Assembly: GCF_006345805.1 (NCBI RefSeq)
Contig: NC_043013.1
Location: 53,816,001-53,880,000 of the forward strand
Direction of reading: 5' to 3'
Origin: Octopus sinensis
Lineage: Eukaryota
Length of the DNA stretch: 64,000 nucleotides
Below, piece after piece: positions 26,596-40,401 of this stretch (position 1 is its first letter; every line of letters starts with the position of its first letter). The notes beneath the pieces are model-generated. The model did not search any database and was not told the DNA's origin. It was given only the letters and a program-made list of their open reading frames with translations. The translations under genes were made by a program, and so were the position numbers.

Positions 26596-29118
26596 TCGTC
26601 TGTCACTCTACTGCTTGCCATTTTCCACACAATCCACACCTAATGCGTTCATAATGGTTATGATTTTGCTTAATTGCCATAATTCTTCATTTTTTTGTCG
26701 ACCCATCACAGAGTAATTCTTCGTATTACTTGTAACCATTTTATGGATATTTATCAAGATGATGACCAAAATTCGTCAAGATTCACCAACGGAAGGTTTA
26801 ACTGAAACAATCAAGGTACTCATCAGTTAATTGTGGATAGTGTAGCTATTTTGTGGTGACAGCGTAGTTCTTGTTACAGACAGTCCGAATTCAAGAAAGT
26901 ATTCTAAATTTATGGTAAAAGTTGCCCAGGTGCTTCGTTTTTGGTGCCAAACCCAGAACAACGTGGTTGGGAAGCGAACTTTTCAACCACGCACACAGTG
27001 CTACTTTTGCAACCAAAATGGTTCCTATAAATACAATAGCCTATTTAATAAAAATTCAAATGTTTCCTTCTGGAGCTATGTCAGGCTCACGAGGGTCGGT
27101 TTCCCGGTTTTAATGGTGTACATGTCCCCCACCCTTGGATGGGACGCCGATCCATCACACGATCACTCATTTTTGCTAGCTGAGTGAACGGGAGCAACAT
27201 GAAGGAATTTACTCAAGAATACAATGCGTTGCTCGGTCCAGGAATCGAAACCAAAATCTTACAATCATGAGTTCAACACCATAGCCACTAAGCCACTAAG
27301 CCAGACGCCTCCACTATTGCCTAATTGCTATAATCAATATCTTGTCTTTTACTATACATACGTTTGCATTGTACTTACAAATTCTAGAGACTTGATTTTT
27401 AGATACCCGTGTATATGAAGGCTGGTTGTCATATCATTTCTCATCGCTCCATAAGTTTTACTTCCCAAACACACACCGTTGGGACATCTGCACAACATAA
27501 TAATGTATTCGCTTCTATTGATTTCTGGTCAGTTTACTACAGCCCACCATCAAATGCCCTACGCTCTCACTACACAGTCTACATGTGTAAGCTTGTCAAC
27601 TACCGTTGTCAGCGATTACAACAGAGTTCTTTTAACAGATATTCTGGTTAATCTTTCCAATCAGTTCTTAAGGCACCTAAATAATATTTTTCTCAGGATT
27701 GAAGCGTAGTGCTATGACTATTTATGGAGCTTCTCGGATTGGTAGGAGGGCAGAACAAGGTAGAGTCAAACCTGAGATCAAACTAGAATGCCTGCAGCAA
27801 AGTAATCTTTGCTAAAGTAACCCAAATTATATGTGGAAGTGATAATTCGGGAGAGGGATGAAGTCACCAACCTCACCGATGTCGTCTTTGTTTTTCATCC
27901 TTTCGGGAATTGATTAAATAAGTGCTTATCAAGTAGTAAGGTCGATGGTATATCCCACCTCATATCCAAAATTATAGGCTTTTCACTCAGAGGGTAGACT
28001 TAAACAAGACGACGTATTAAGTCTATTTCTCAAATAGGCCATGATAGGGATTGAACTCAGAATAGGCTCCACAAGGCATTGTGTCTGATTCTCTAACATT
28101 TCCACTACTCTAGACTAGTACCTTAATTTATCAACCTCGGAAGGATGAAAGGCAAGGCTGACCTCGGTGGGGTTTGAGCTTAGAACATAAAATACGAGGA
28201 GTAGATACTGAAATTATCAACAAAACACCACGACTTCGTTAATATATTGTCACAATGTGTTAGTCAGAGAGCAAAACAGTAATATAGTGGTAGCTTGGCT
28301 GAATGGTTAGAGTAGTGGTGGATAGGATGCCTCATGGTGTTTGTTCTGATTGTCTAGGGCCTAAGTTCAAATACCGCAAATCTCGACTTTGCCTTTCAGC
28401 TTTTCTGGATCGATAAAAACGTTAGACGATTGGGCAAGATGTCTCCGTTTCTGTGATTTTATTTCTGATCGCAACCCCTGCCAGGATGTTGGTATGAAGG
28501 GTCTGTCGCTATAATTTGGCCCTTGATTAAGCGTCGTAGAGAGAAAAGACACGTATTCATTGCAAACTCTTAGTCTTCTTCTAAACAATCTTGTTTAAGT
28601 CTATACATATATAATTATATGGCCTGCCTTGACCGACAGACACCCTATAAAACTCACGTCCTCATCTAGACAACAGGGTTTCGAATACTCTTTTCTTCTG
28701 CTTCTCCATCATTATTCGATCCTAGCTAACTTCGCTTTCAGAGCCGTCGAGGTACTTTAAGCATGCCACGGCAACAACTTGAATCCCTAACATACCTACA
28801 ATGTCAGGGATCCTTACAAGATACGGAGGGTTTCGAGTTACTCTATGCGACCACTTTGGTCCTAAAATGGGCTGAGGTGTCAGGAACAAACGATAAAAAT
28901 GATGAGGAATACATCAATTGGATTTCGAAATTTGGAGCTGTGAGAGACACCAAACGAAACAACAACAGTAACAACAACACGCCAAGAACTCCATATTACA
29001 TCCCAGAACAAACGAACACAATCCTATCATCACAAATCTTACCAAACATAGTTCTTAACAAATCAGTATCAAAACTTAATGATCGCATTTCTTTTTCACT
29101 GGAAATCTTTTTTTACCT

Positions 29119-29353
29119 ATTTCTTTATTACCCACAAGGGGCTAAACACAGAGGAGACAAACAAGGACAGACAAACGGATTAAGTTGATTACATCGACCC
29201 CAGTCCATAACTGGTACTTAATTTATCGACCCCGAAAGGATGAAAAGCATAGTCGACCTCGGCGGAATTTGAACTCAGAACGTAACGGCAGACGAAATAC
29301 CGCTAGCATTTCGCCCGGCGTGCCAACGTTTCTGCCAGCCCCTCGCCGCCTTA
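29119..29353 (-). mobile_element. young family B SINE with a perfect 23-bp target-site duplication
   Basis: TCACTGGAAATCTTTTTTTACCT at 29096-29118 and 29354-29376; body near consensus (CCGAGGTCGACTATGCTTTTCATCCTTTCGGGGTCGATAAATTAAGTACCAG). Confidence 0.92.
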
Positions 29354-30368
29354 TCACTGGAAATCTTTTTTTACCTTGTTAACTCTTCTCGGTGTTTCAT
29401 TTAATCTAACATGCCCCCACCACCACCACCACCGCCGCCGCTCTCAATAAATTCAAGCAACAGAATCTTATGGATATACGCTGTATCATTATTGAAATAA
29501 TGTCACTGCGTTACTTCAATCTCTTCCACATTTTCTCAATACACTATTTGTTATACACACCGTCATTCAACTGTCAAACGCAACCAACTGCTTGCTTTAT
29601 ACATGCTTCTCTACATGTTAGTCTCCATGTTTATTCCCGTCATTGTAGCAATGACCTTGCAAAATTTACAACCTTTTCGCAGTCAAATAATCCGACAAAG
29701 AATTCCAAAGTTGCTCTGACATCTAAAAGTCTTTGAAATGCCTCACGGTGTTAGGGAGTTGCTTATTAAGCCCAACGTTATCCTTACTAAACACGTCAAA
29801 TGATCCATCTTTTTTTATTGTGTTAAACGTCACAGCTCCATATTTTTGTTTGCTTCTTAGTTCGTTTGATTTTGTCTTGTTTTTCGTTATATTTTAATTA
29901 TATATATTTTACCGTCTTCCGAAATCAAGCTGCAACGGTTGGTTTTTAGCTGGCACTCTTCTAGTTTTCTCATTACAACACCGAAGTTTGAAATATGTGA
30001 GTTGAAGTCACTCCATTTTCGGTTGCCAACTACAGAATTAAAATGTTTATCTCGTGGGAAATCAATTACTGCTCACTTCGCTTCAATGAAATACGTGTTG
30101 TGATGATGCAACGAGGTTTTCTAGCTTCCAGCGACCGGTACAGAGGTGGAGCGGTGGAGACGTCATATCTCTGCACTCCATTCACTCCGAATATGTTTTC
30201 TGGTGTGTATGTGTGCATGCCTATATATGTATATATGTATGCATGCATGTATGTATGTATACATATATATACATATATATATACTTATATATATATATAT
30301 GTGTGCGTGTGTACTTACATGTATACATATACATATATACAAATATATATGTATATGTGTATGCATGA

Positions 30369-30415
<47 letters not shown>

Positions 30416-30423
30416 CATATATA

Positions 30424-30454
<31 letters not shown>

Positions 30455-31171
30455 GCATACATATATATGTATGTATATGTATGAATATGTATATATATAT
30501 ATATATATATACATGCATACATACATATATTCATACATACTCATGTACACATATATTGTATATATGTTTGTGAGTATATATATGTATAAATTTTTATATG
30601 CATGTGTATTATGTGTATGTATGTAGGAACATTTATCTATCTATCAATATACATATATATATGTGTGTGTATATGTGTAGATAAATGTACATATATTTGT
30701 GCATATGGGAACGAGTGAGTTGTGGTTATGTGTAGCTGCGTATGTATCCTCACACTCTTGTAAGAAACGTAGATGCTTTGCTTATATACATATGCGCGTG
30801 TGTATATAATATTACGCTTGTGTGTGTTTGCGTGTGTGTGTGTGTGTGTGTGTGTGTAGTACTTCCTTTGAAGTTCAGTAACATGCTTTAAAATCTTTAG
30901 AATTGTTTTCCATATTTTATATATTATTTCATATTTCCATTTATTGATCATTCTTAGAAAAGTTGAGTTTGTCTTACAATCATTTTTCCCCTTTTCTAAG
31001 AATCCTTGCATGTGACTGGATGCACCAGCATCTCCTCGTAGAGATCTCAATCTATATTTATACGTCTAAACGTTATTTTGTATCAAACGACGGCGAAACA
31101 GTTCTGGTTTTTTTGCGTTGTTTTCCTCTGACTTATGATTCCTAGTATAGCCACGAGGCCAGATGGAGATA

Positions 31172-31485
31172 TGTGACGCATACCGAAGAATCAATATCGA
31201 AGATTTGGTTCACATCATAGGTAGTTGTCCGAAAATGTCAACAAAATATTAGTTACCTTCGGGGTAACCGTTTTCTGGCAAAAATACTAAACACTGGAAT
31301 ATGTAGAAATAATTCATTGAAGTTACACACCTGTAGAGACCATATTCACCCATGCTATGAAGGAATACAAGTTGGATTTTCATGTCAATGGTTCTGTAAA
31401 ATGGAAGTATAACAGGAGAGACATAACGATCCAACGATGGAATGTCGTATCTTTGTGAGGAAGCAGTTCTTGTTTTGCAGGAAGA
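31172..31485 (+). pseudogene. non-LTR retrotransposon relic with CCHC knuckle and restriction-like endonuclease start (R2/R4/NeSL type)
   Basis: CDAYRRINIEDLVHIIGSCPKMSTKY*LP, then KEY..KWKYNRRDITI, resembling C..C...E...HII..CP..S.RYY...RHD and HNRPDIVI; stops and frameshifts present. Confidence 0.6.
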
Positions 31486-31526
31486 CTTGAAGTGATTTGA
31501 ATTAGAAAAGAACATAAGATTCGGAC

Positions 31527-32060
31527 ACACATACAGCCATGCATACATTCATACATACATACATACATACATGCATACATGCATACATACATACATACAT
31601 ATATGCATACATACATACATACATACATACATACATACATACATACATACATACACACATACATACATACATAGATACATGCATACATACATACATACAT
31701 ACATACATACATACATACATTCATACATACATACATACATACATACATAGATACATGCATACATACATACATGCCTACATGCATACATGCATACATACAT
31801 ACGTACATACATACATACATGCATACATGCATACATGCATACATACATACATACATACATACATACATACATAGATGCATACATACATGCATACATACAT
31901 ACATGCATGCATACATGCATACATGCATACATACATACATACATACATACATGCATACATACATACATACATACATACATACATACATACATACATACAT
32001 ACATGCATACATGCATACAAGTATACGTACGTACATACATATATACATTCACATATGCAT
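31527..32060. repeat. (TACA)n/(TGCA) microsatellite, about 530 bp
   Basis: Directly visible; source of the MYVC/HTYI ORFs. Confidence 0.97.
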
Positions 32061-32227
32061 ACATGCATACAGCCATACATACATACATGCGTGCATACAT
32101 ACATAGATATATACATAATTGTACGCATGCATATACACACACATAAATACATGCAACATACATGCAGTCATACATACATACATGCATGCATTTAGGCATA
32201 CACATACATATATATATATATATATAT

Positions 32228-32446
32228 AGTTAATCCAAACAAGAAAGCACAAAAAAACACAACAACGCGGGGACGTGGAACAAATACAGTATTATTGGAC
32301 GCTCAGGAAAGAAGGAGGGTTTAACGTTTCGAGTGGAGCTCTTTGTCGGAAGCATAAGAGAAGGAAAGATCCAGAGAAGGGCAGACAGAGGAAAAAAAAT
32401 CGCCAACGGTACTCACGAGGTCACATTATATATATATATAATGTGA

Positions 32447-32485
<39 letters not shown>

Positions 32486-32723
32486 TATATTATATATATA
32501 TATAGTTAATCCAAACAAGAAAGCACAAAAAAACACAACAACGCGGGGACGTGGAACAAATACAGTATTATTGGACGCTCAGGAAAGAAGGAGGGTTTAA
32601 CGTTTCGAGTGGAGCTCTTTGTCGGAAGCATAAGAGAAGGAAAGATCCAGAGAAGGGCAGACAGAGGAAAAAAAATCGCCAACGGTACTCACGAGGTCAC
32701 ATTATATATATATTAATGTGACC

Positions 32724-32725
<2 letters not shown>
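32228..32725 (-). repeat. tandem duplicate (period 276 bp) of a about 200-bp Penelope-like terminal repeat with a degenerate hammerhead
   Basis: 32228-32427 and 32504-32703 look identical by eye; minus strand CCGACAA aGAG-ctcca-CTC GAAACGTTA; each copy is followed by AGGTCACATT(TA)nAATGTGACCT. Confidence 0.8.
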
Positions 32726-32806
<81 letters not shown>

Positions 32807-33791
32807 TACAGACATATACATACATACATACAGACATACATACATACATACATACATACATACATACATACATGCATACATGATTGCTGCAACTCGGTTT
32901 TGAGTTATGCCATCGCTTCATTATCCATTTGAACATGAGAATCACGGATATGACTTCAGTTTTGCTGCATACATACAAACATCCATCCATCCATCCATCC
33001 ATATACCCATCCATCCATCCATCCATCCATTCATACACCCATCCATCCATCCATACATACATACATACTTAGCAACAGAAAGGACGGCGTGATAAACGTA
33101 TCTATGTTGACCCCTAAACAAATAAAACTTCCCATCTTAATCGATATCCTACCAACACATCATTTTACATTATAAGTTAATAGCGTTGCTGTTCCTGTTG
33201 TCGTTCTTGTTCTTCTTCTTGTGACTACTAATAGCCTCATTTTGCTTATGGCTATAACGCTTAGTTATGTCTTCACGTAGAAGCAGTCGTATGATTTATG
33301 AATGATACTTGTAGAAGATATGCCCAAAAGAGAGTTTCCATAAATAATGTATGAAAGAGACTTCGTATATCTTTTGTGTCGAGTTCGGAAATGTATTTTG
33401 CCTGTTCCACTCAGTGTGTTGCATTCCCCCTTGTTGGGCAGGCGGAATATTTCATTGAGTGCTGTGACATTTTGGTATAAGCTGCCTTTGTCTGAGGTAA
33501 GAATAAATTATATCAGAGCCACAATATAATTCGATGCGAAACCATCACCGGCTTCTGGTGTCAAAAGTCCCTTGAAAGTCACGTACACACATATACAAGC
33601 ACAAACACATAAGCAAACACAAGCGCTCCATCACAATCACGTGCATAGACACACAACAACAAACATACTCTGGTCAACATAAGCGTGCCATTGACTAGTT
33701 TTATTGTTCAAGCAGAAGATTGGTTCAATGAATCGATGAAATGCAGCATATTATTAGGAAGAGAGAAAGGCTTTCGGGAACGCATGCGCAA

Positions 33792-33835
<44 letters not shown>

Positions 33836-34494
33836 CATTTATAAACACATATATACGCATATATATATATATACATATATACACACAGATATATACATAC
33901 ATACACACACATACAAACGCAGGCACATACACACATATCGCTTTCTTTGTTTCCCTCTCACTTCCACTTCGTGTCTCTTCATATATAGATGTGCACGCGT
34001 CTGTCTATATACATATATGTGTGTGTGTGTGCGTGTGTGTATGTATATATGTATGTATATATATATATGTATATATATGTATATATATATACACACATAT
34101 ATATATATATACATATACATATATATATACATATACTTATGTATGTTTCTATGTATGTATGTTTGTACGTATGTATGTATGTATACTTGTATATTTATAT
34201 GCATTTCCTCCACCTCTTTATAAATTTAAGCATACATACAAATATACATACTTACGCACGTACAGACGTATATAGCTGCAGACAAGCATACATTCCTACG
34301 TACGAATGTATACAGAAACATATGCATTACGATGTATGAAGCACACGAAGTCCAAACTACACGTACACTGGCGATATTCGTTCGGCACACACGACCGTTG
34401 ACCTTCAACGACTATGTGCGTGTGTAGATTTGTTTACACGTACATTTACACATATATATACACGTACGTACAGACATATAGTCATGTGTGTGTT

Positions 34495-34541
<47 letters not shown>

Positions 34542-34767
34542 TGTGTGTGTGTGTAAGGAAGTAAGATTCGAGTAAGTCCCTTCCAATACAAGGCTTGTCC
34601 ACAGATATTGGCAACTTGATAATGAGAACATATTTCACCAATGTACGACAGGTGTAAAAATCTGTCGAAACAATATTAAGTAAATGACGTCGTTCGTTCC
34701 ATTTTCTGCCATTTACTTCACTCTATAATAACGGTGGCCCCCACCTAATTTGCATAAGTGTGTGTGT

Positions 34768-35108
34768 GAAAGCGCATGGCTCAGTGGTTAGAGCGTTGAG
34801 CTTCCGATTGAGAGGTTGTGAGTTCGAAAGACCCGGACAGGGCTGCTTGTTGTGTTCTTGAGCAAGACACTTTATTTCACGTTGCTCCAGTTCACTCAGC
34901 TGTAGAAATGAGTTGCGACGTCACAGGTGTCAAGCTGTATCGGCCCCTTTGCCTTTCCGTTTGGCAACACTGGTGGCGTGGAGAGGGGGGGGGCCGGTAC
35001 GCATGGGCGACTGATGGTCTTCCATAAACATCCTTGCCCGGACTTGTACCTGGGAGGGTAACTTTCTAAGTGCAATCCCATGGTCTGCGTCGTGACCGAA
35101 GGGGGTCT
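34768..35108 (+). mobile_element. tRNA-derived SINE family C
   Basis: A-box TGGCTCAGTGG, B-box AGTTCGAAAG/ATTCC-like, body TTCTTGAGCAAGACACTTTATTTCAC.TTGCTCCAGTTCACTCAGCTGTAGAAATGAG; second copy at 43487. Confidence 0.9.
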
Positions 35109-35129
35109 CAGATATATATATATATATAT

Positions 35130-35513
35130 AATTATAAATTAGGGTATCTACGAGATACCACCATGCTGAAAATAGTAGCCATGATCTGACTCTAAAACCA
35201 CCTTAAATGTCCATGATGCATACGTGCATATATATGTATGTATACGTTCGTATATGTAAGTATTCGTATGTTGTATTTATATATGTATTTATGTTTCTCT
35301 TCTGTGTGTATTCTACTGACGAGGCAAAGCATTCCTAAATGCAAAGCCACAAATCCGGGATCTAGAATTATCCAGTAATTTTTTACTAGCTTCATCTTGT
35401 CTCTTTGTTTTCTCTCCGTCTTTGCGATATGGACATTTAAAGTGGTTTTAGATTCAGATCATGGCTGCTATTTTCAGCATGGTGGTATCTCGTAGATACC
35501 CTAATTTATAATT
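35130..35513 (+). mobile_element. about 384-bp fold-back element with about 85-bp inverted arms and an internal hammerhead
   Basis: Arms AATTATAAATTAGGGTATCTACGAGATACCACCATGCTGAAAATAG.. (35130-35214) and their reverse complement (35429-35513). Confidence 0.88.
35310..35368 (+). ncRNA. type I hammerhead ribozyme relic
   Basis: ATTCTA CTGACGA GGC-aaa-GCATT-ccta-AATGC-aaa-GCC acAAA TCCGGGA TC TAGAAT: 6-bp stem I, bipartite stem II, near-palindromic stem III; GAAA altered to ACAAA. Confidence 0.7.
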
Positions 35514-36064
35514 TTAATAATTATTACCTTTGAAGGTTATTTTTTCCATGCTGGCCACTTGATAAAATCGTTATTTTATTTTAAATAACGATCTTATCCT
35601 TCTTTATATATACATATATATATATATATTATATATATATATATATATTATATATAATATATATATATATATATGCACACACAAGGTTGTGAGGTATCAA
35701 ATTTATTTACTGGATATCAATACTATTAACTCATGGTAAGAGAGAACAATAACTTAAGGTTGATGGCTAGAAACAGGCCAGCTACTTCTGTATAAATGTT
35801 ACACTGAGTAAATTCCATCCTGTTTTTTTTTCTTTGATTTATTTCTTTTCCGAGGAAGATAGTGATAGCATTGTGCTGGTGATCCCCATATTTTCAGTCG
35901 AACAATGTGTTGAAAACAAATTGAACCATGGACGCGCCCAGATTCATATCTGAAACAGCTGTAAGCCTATAATAAGTAAATGTATATAATTCATTATTTA
36001 TATGTGTGCGCGCACGTGTCTTTATGTATGTATGAATGTATGTACACACACGCGTGTACATGTT

Positions 36065-36159
<95 letters not shown>

Positions 36160-36340
36160 TTATAAATATTCTTGACTAGTTTCAGCATCGGATTGCGGCC
36201 ATGTTGGGATTCCGAATAGGAAGGTTTTGTGTATCCAATCTAGCCCATTGTTTTTTCTTTTCTTTTTTTTTTCAATTTATGTTTGCTATCTATTCTATCC
36301 GTCTGTACTTTATATATATATAAATATAAATATATATTAA

Positions 36341-36700
36341 GAACTTGGGGAAATGCCGTGACTGCCTAGGTGTTTGTGCTTGCAGTTTCACTTGAGATAC
36401 GGATGCAGTGTACGTTATTCTGTCGTTTGAATATATCAAACCAACCTCTACTTGTTGTGAATGCTTCTGATTTTCTCAGGCAACGCTTCTCTTCTCTGGT
36501 GATGTTAAATGAAAATATCCTGTTGAGATAACTCTTACACTTCTAGAAGGAGAATTTCGTCCTCCAATATCCCTACAATTCTGATGCAGAACTTCAGAAT
36601 TAACTTCATGAGACACGGTTCACTCATTCAACATTATCGACCGCTGTTTTGGTACTTCTGAGGCACCATTTTCATTTCTTTCTTTTTTTTTCTTTTGTTA
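36341..36700 (-). pseudogene. pogo/Tigger (CENP-B-like) transposase relic
   Basis: Minus strand AFTTSRGWFDIFKRQNNVHCIRISSETAST, resembling FKASRGWF.RFK.R......ISGE.ASAD (core at 36341-36470). Confidence 0.65.
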
Positions 36701-36961
36701 ACATTAATAAGTTCTGATAAAGCCTTCATATACATATCTTTTATCTTTCATCTTTTATCTTTAACTGGTTCCGGCCAGAGGCTGAGGCCATGCTGGGGCA
36801 CCGACATTCTCTGTGTTTGGCATTCTTTTCTGTATACATATATATATATATATATATAAGATATATACACGTGTATTGATATGTGTATGTATGTGTATAT
36901 ATATATATATAATATATATATATATATATAAGATATATACACGTGTATTGATATGTGTATG

Positions 36962-37012
<51 letters not shown>

Positions 37013-37262
37013 ATACATGCATACATATATATACGCATATATATATACATATATATACGCATATATGATATATAAACATACACATACATATATATGCATA
37101 CAAATTTATACACATATCTCTACACACGCACACACACCCTCACACACACGCACATACACACACACACTCACACATATATGCGTTTATGTATATATATATC
37201 TGTATGTGATCATTTATGTCGTATCATTATGTATGCGCGTTTGCTGACATAACATAGCTGGA

Positions 37263-37530
37263 CACTTCCTCGCGTTGATAAACAAGCATTTCGTCAATAA
37301 CAACAAATACCACAAGCTGTTTAACAGAAACAGCATGAAAGTTAGCTAATACTGCTACACAGATGGCCAGAAGCAATGAAAGCAACCATTGACATATAAA
37401 GACGACAAACCCAGCGCGTCATTACTACTGCAACCAAAATTACTAGGAAAGGACAAGTGATGATGCCGAGCTAAAGATGCAAGAATAAACATATAAAAAA
37501 AATTCTTTCAACTCTATACGTTATGAAGTG
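37263..37530 (+). pseudogene. Penelope-like element relic (post-RT linker toward GIY-YIG)
   Basis: HFLALINKHFVNNNKYHKLFNRNSMKVS, resembling FL.LIDKHFP....HK.FNRN..KVSYSC; downstream NSFNSIRYE. Confidence 0.6.
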
Positions 37531-37789
37531 AAACCTTTCGGTTACCGATAATTAATAACAAATATATTAGTAACTCTAACCAACAGGACACACAAGCCAA
37601 GTACTGAGTGAATGTCTCAAAACTGACCAGACTTATTGATTAAGGCATCCAATACAGAAGCCACTGGAAGTCAGAATTGTCTACCAATTAGGATCAAGAA
37701 GGCAACAACACCGGGTACTTCAGAGAAGCGCGTGAGAGGAATCTCAGCTGCGTTAAAATTATGTATGCGCGTATCATCGTGAAGGTGGC

Positions 37790-38000
37790 GAGTTGACAGA
37801 ATCATAAGCAAAATGCTTAACCGGGCAAAATGCGGTATTGTGTCCGTCGCTACGTTCTGAGTTTAAGTTCCGCCGAGGTTAACCTTGCCTTTCATCCTTT
37901 TGGGGTCGATAAATTAAGTACCACTGAAACACTGGGATCGATGTACTCGACTAGTCTCCCCCCGCAAAATTTCAGGGCCTGTGCCTTTAGTGGAAAGGTT
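37790..38000 (+). mobile_element. SINE family B
   Basis: GTTCTGAGTTTAAGTTCCGCCGAGGTTAACCTTGCCTTTCATCCTTTTGGGGTCGATAAATTAAGTACC, followed by a (CAT)n tail. Confidence 0.85.
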
Positions 38001-38010
38001 TATCATCACC

Positions 38011-38057
<47 letters not shown>

Positions 38058-38155
38058 ATTCCTATTTTTATTATCATCATCATTATTATTGCTAATCGGC
38101 AGAAGGTACAAAGTTATTCAATCGACAAGATTTTGTGCTTAGCACAGGACCTGTG

Positions 38156-38188
<33 letters not shown>

Positions 38189-38204
38189 TGTACATGTATG
38201 TATG

Positions 38205-38266
<62 letters not shown>

Positions 38267-38504
38267 TGTATGTATGTATAAATGTATGTATGTATGTATG
38301 TATGTATGTATGTATGTATGTATGTATGTATGTATATACGTACACATACATATAAATATATAACATAACCAGGATAGCTTTTAAACTGGTTGAAAGGCAA
38401 GAAACAAGAGCTGATACAGATCTCTCCTCAAGGAACATTGATAAATTCTATTTATCAAAAGAAGACTTTTTTTAAATAGGCCACTTCATTGAGAAGACAG
38501 TAGA

Positions 38505-38750
38505 TAGTTACGGTGATGTAAACAACCGAACACCGGTTATCAAGTGATAAGGGGGACACAAACATAAACAGAAAGGCAAACACACACACACACACACATA
38601 CGACGGGCTTCTTTCGGTTTCCGTCCACTAAGTTCATTCACAAGGATTTGGTCGGCCCCAAACTATAGTAGAAGCCACTTTCCCATGGTGCTACATGTGG
38701 CACTGAACCTATAACCATGTGATTGGGAAGCAAGCTTCTTGCCACACATT
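38505..38750 (-). mobile_element. SINE family A, diverged
   Basis: Reverse complement of the family A head and body with an internal (CA)n tract. Confidence 0.75.
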
Positions 38751-40068
38751 CACGCCTAAGCTTATTTCTTTACTGATTTTCACTTTATTTCTTCCTAATT
38801 TTCTTTGTTTTACTTCCATAATATTAATTATTTCTGATTCCGGCACAAAGCCAGCAATGGAGATAGGTTTGTCAATTCCATCGATCCCAGTATGTCACTT
38901 TACTTTATCGATCGCTTATTGATGGAAGGCAAAACTGTCCACGGCGGAATTTGAACACATAATATACGAAGCCAGAAAGCACACTGTAAAGCCATTTTAT
39001 CTGACTCTGACGGTTCTACCAATCAACACCTTTCCTTTCCACATGAATAAACTACCATCAGAATTAGATTCTAAGATTTTCTTTTATTTAAACTAAACGG
39101 AATCTTTCGTGAAATAAGCAAAGTTTGTGTTCCATGACAAGATTTAAGTTTTAGAGTTTCGGGCAGAACTAAAACTGTCTTTTGCCAACTCAGACCATTA
39201 TTAGCTTCTTCAGATACTGGAATTATTTCTTCTTTTTTCTTTCTCTTTGTTTTTTTCTCTTTGCTATTTATTAAACCGATATACATTTGTAGATAACAAT
39301 TCAAGAATGAAAATTTTACAAAGAACTGTCTGATAAGAATGCAACCATGCATCTTGAGAAGTATGAACAGAGAGAAAAATGAAGAAACAGACAAGAGTGT
39401 AATAGAGTTTGGCAAAAAGAGGAAGATTACACGTCTGTGTAAACAGAAAAACACCATGCGACCCGGAGGTAATAAGTACAAACATTAGATTTTACTCTTG
39501 AGAAAAAAAAATGCAAAAACTACAACGACGAGATATTTGATTAAAAACTAAAAACAGACAGAAGAATATAAAATTAACAAGTGCTAAAGGAGTTAGAGAT
39601 TGCAGAAATGTATCTTAAGAACACACAAGCAAAAAAAAAAAAAAAAGAATTCCGCTTAATTCTTATTTAGAAGTTTTTTCTATGAAATGAAGACGTTTTA
39701 CTTTGAAACGACTATATTTAGCTTCCTTATTTTTCCCATCGTTTCCTCCATTTTAATAATGGTGCTTATTTTATTATACTTAACGTCCAGTCATCTTAAG
39801 CCAACTGACCAATCCCTAAGCGGCAATACTTGATACCAAATACACTTCCGCGTTCGTCTATGTGTGCGTATTCGCGTGAGTGAATGAATGTGCTTTGTAT
39901 GTGAAGGTATATGCTTGTATATATGCTCGTGTGAATATATATTTGTTTATATATGCATATATACTTGTGTGTGCGTGTGTGCGTATATGTGCGTGCGTGT
40001 GTGTGTGTGTGTGTTCAATTTCCTTTCTTTTTCTTCTTATAGTTTCCGTCTTTTGCTTCTCTGCACTC

Positions 40069-40173
<105 letters not shown>

Positions 40174-40339
40174 CTGTTGTTGTTGCTGCTATTGCTGTTG
40201 AACCAGCAGTCCTGGCCAAATGCAAAAAAGAAAAGAAGCAAGTCAGAGTGAAGTGAGTGGCACTGCAACTCGAGGTCATTCTCCTTAACAAACCAATTAA
40301 ACAGAGGAGGTTATATAGTTGGTGGTCAGCTTAAATCTT

Positions 40340-40379
40340 TATAAATAAAACCTCTCACTGGATTACAGAACCTATCAGT
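40340..40379 (+). promoter_or_regulatory. possible TATA/Inr core promoter, or alternatively a 3' splice acceptor, before the LRR CDS
   Basis: TATAAATA at 40340-47 and TCAGT at 40375-79 (spacing about 37, longer than canonical); CTCAC..TACAG at 40354-68 could be a branch point and acceptor of a 5'-UTR intron. The sequence alone cannot distinguish these. Confidence 0.2.
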
Positions 40380-40401
40380 GTATAACAAGAAGCCAGCCGT
40401 C

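Noticed and set aside
40378-40401. ORF-track start of the LRR gene
   Set aside because: 40378 is GTG; the ATG at 40402 directly begins a signal peptide.
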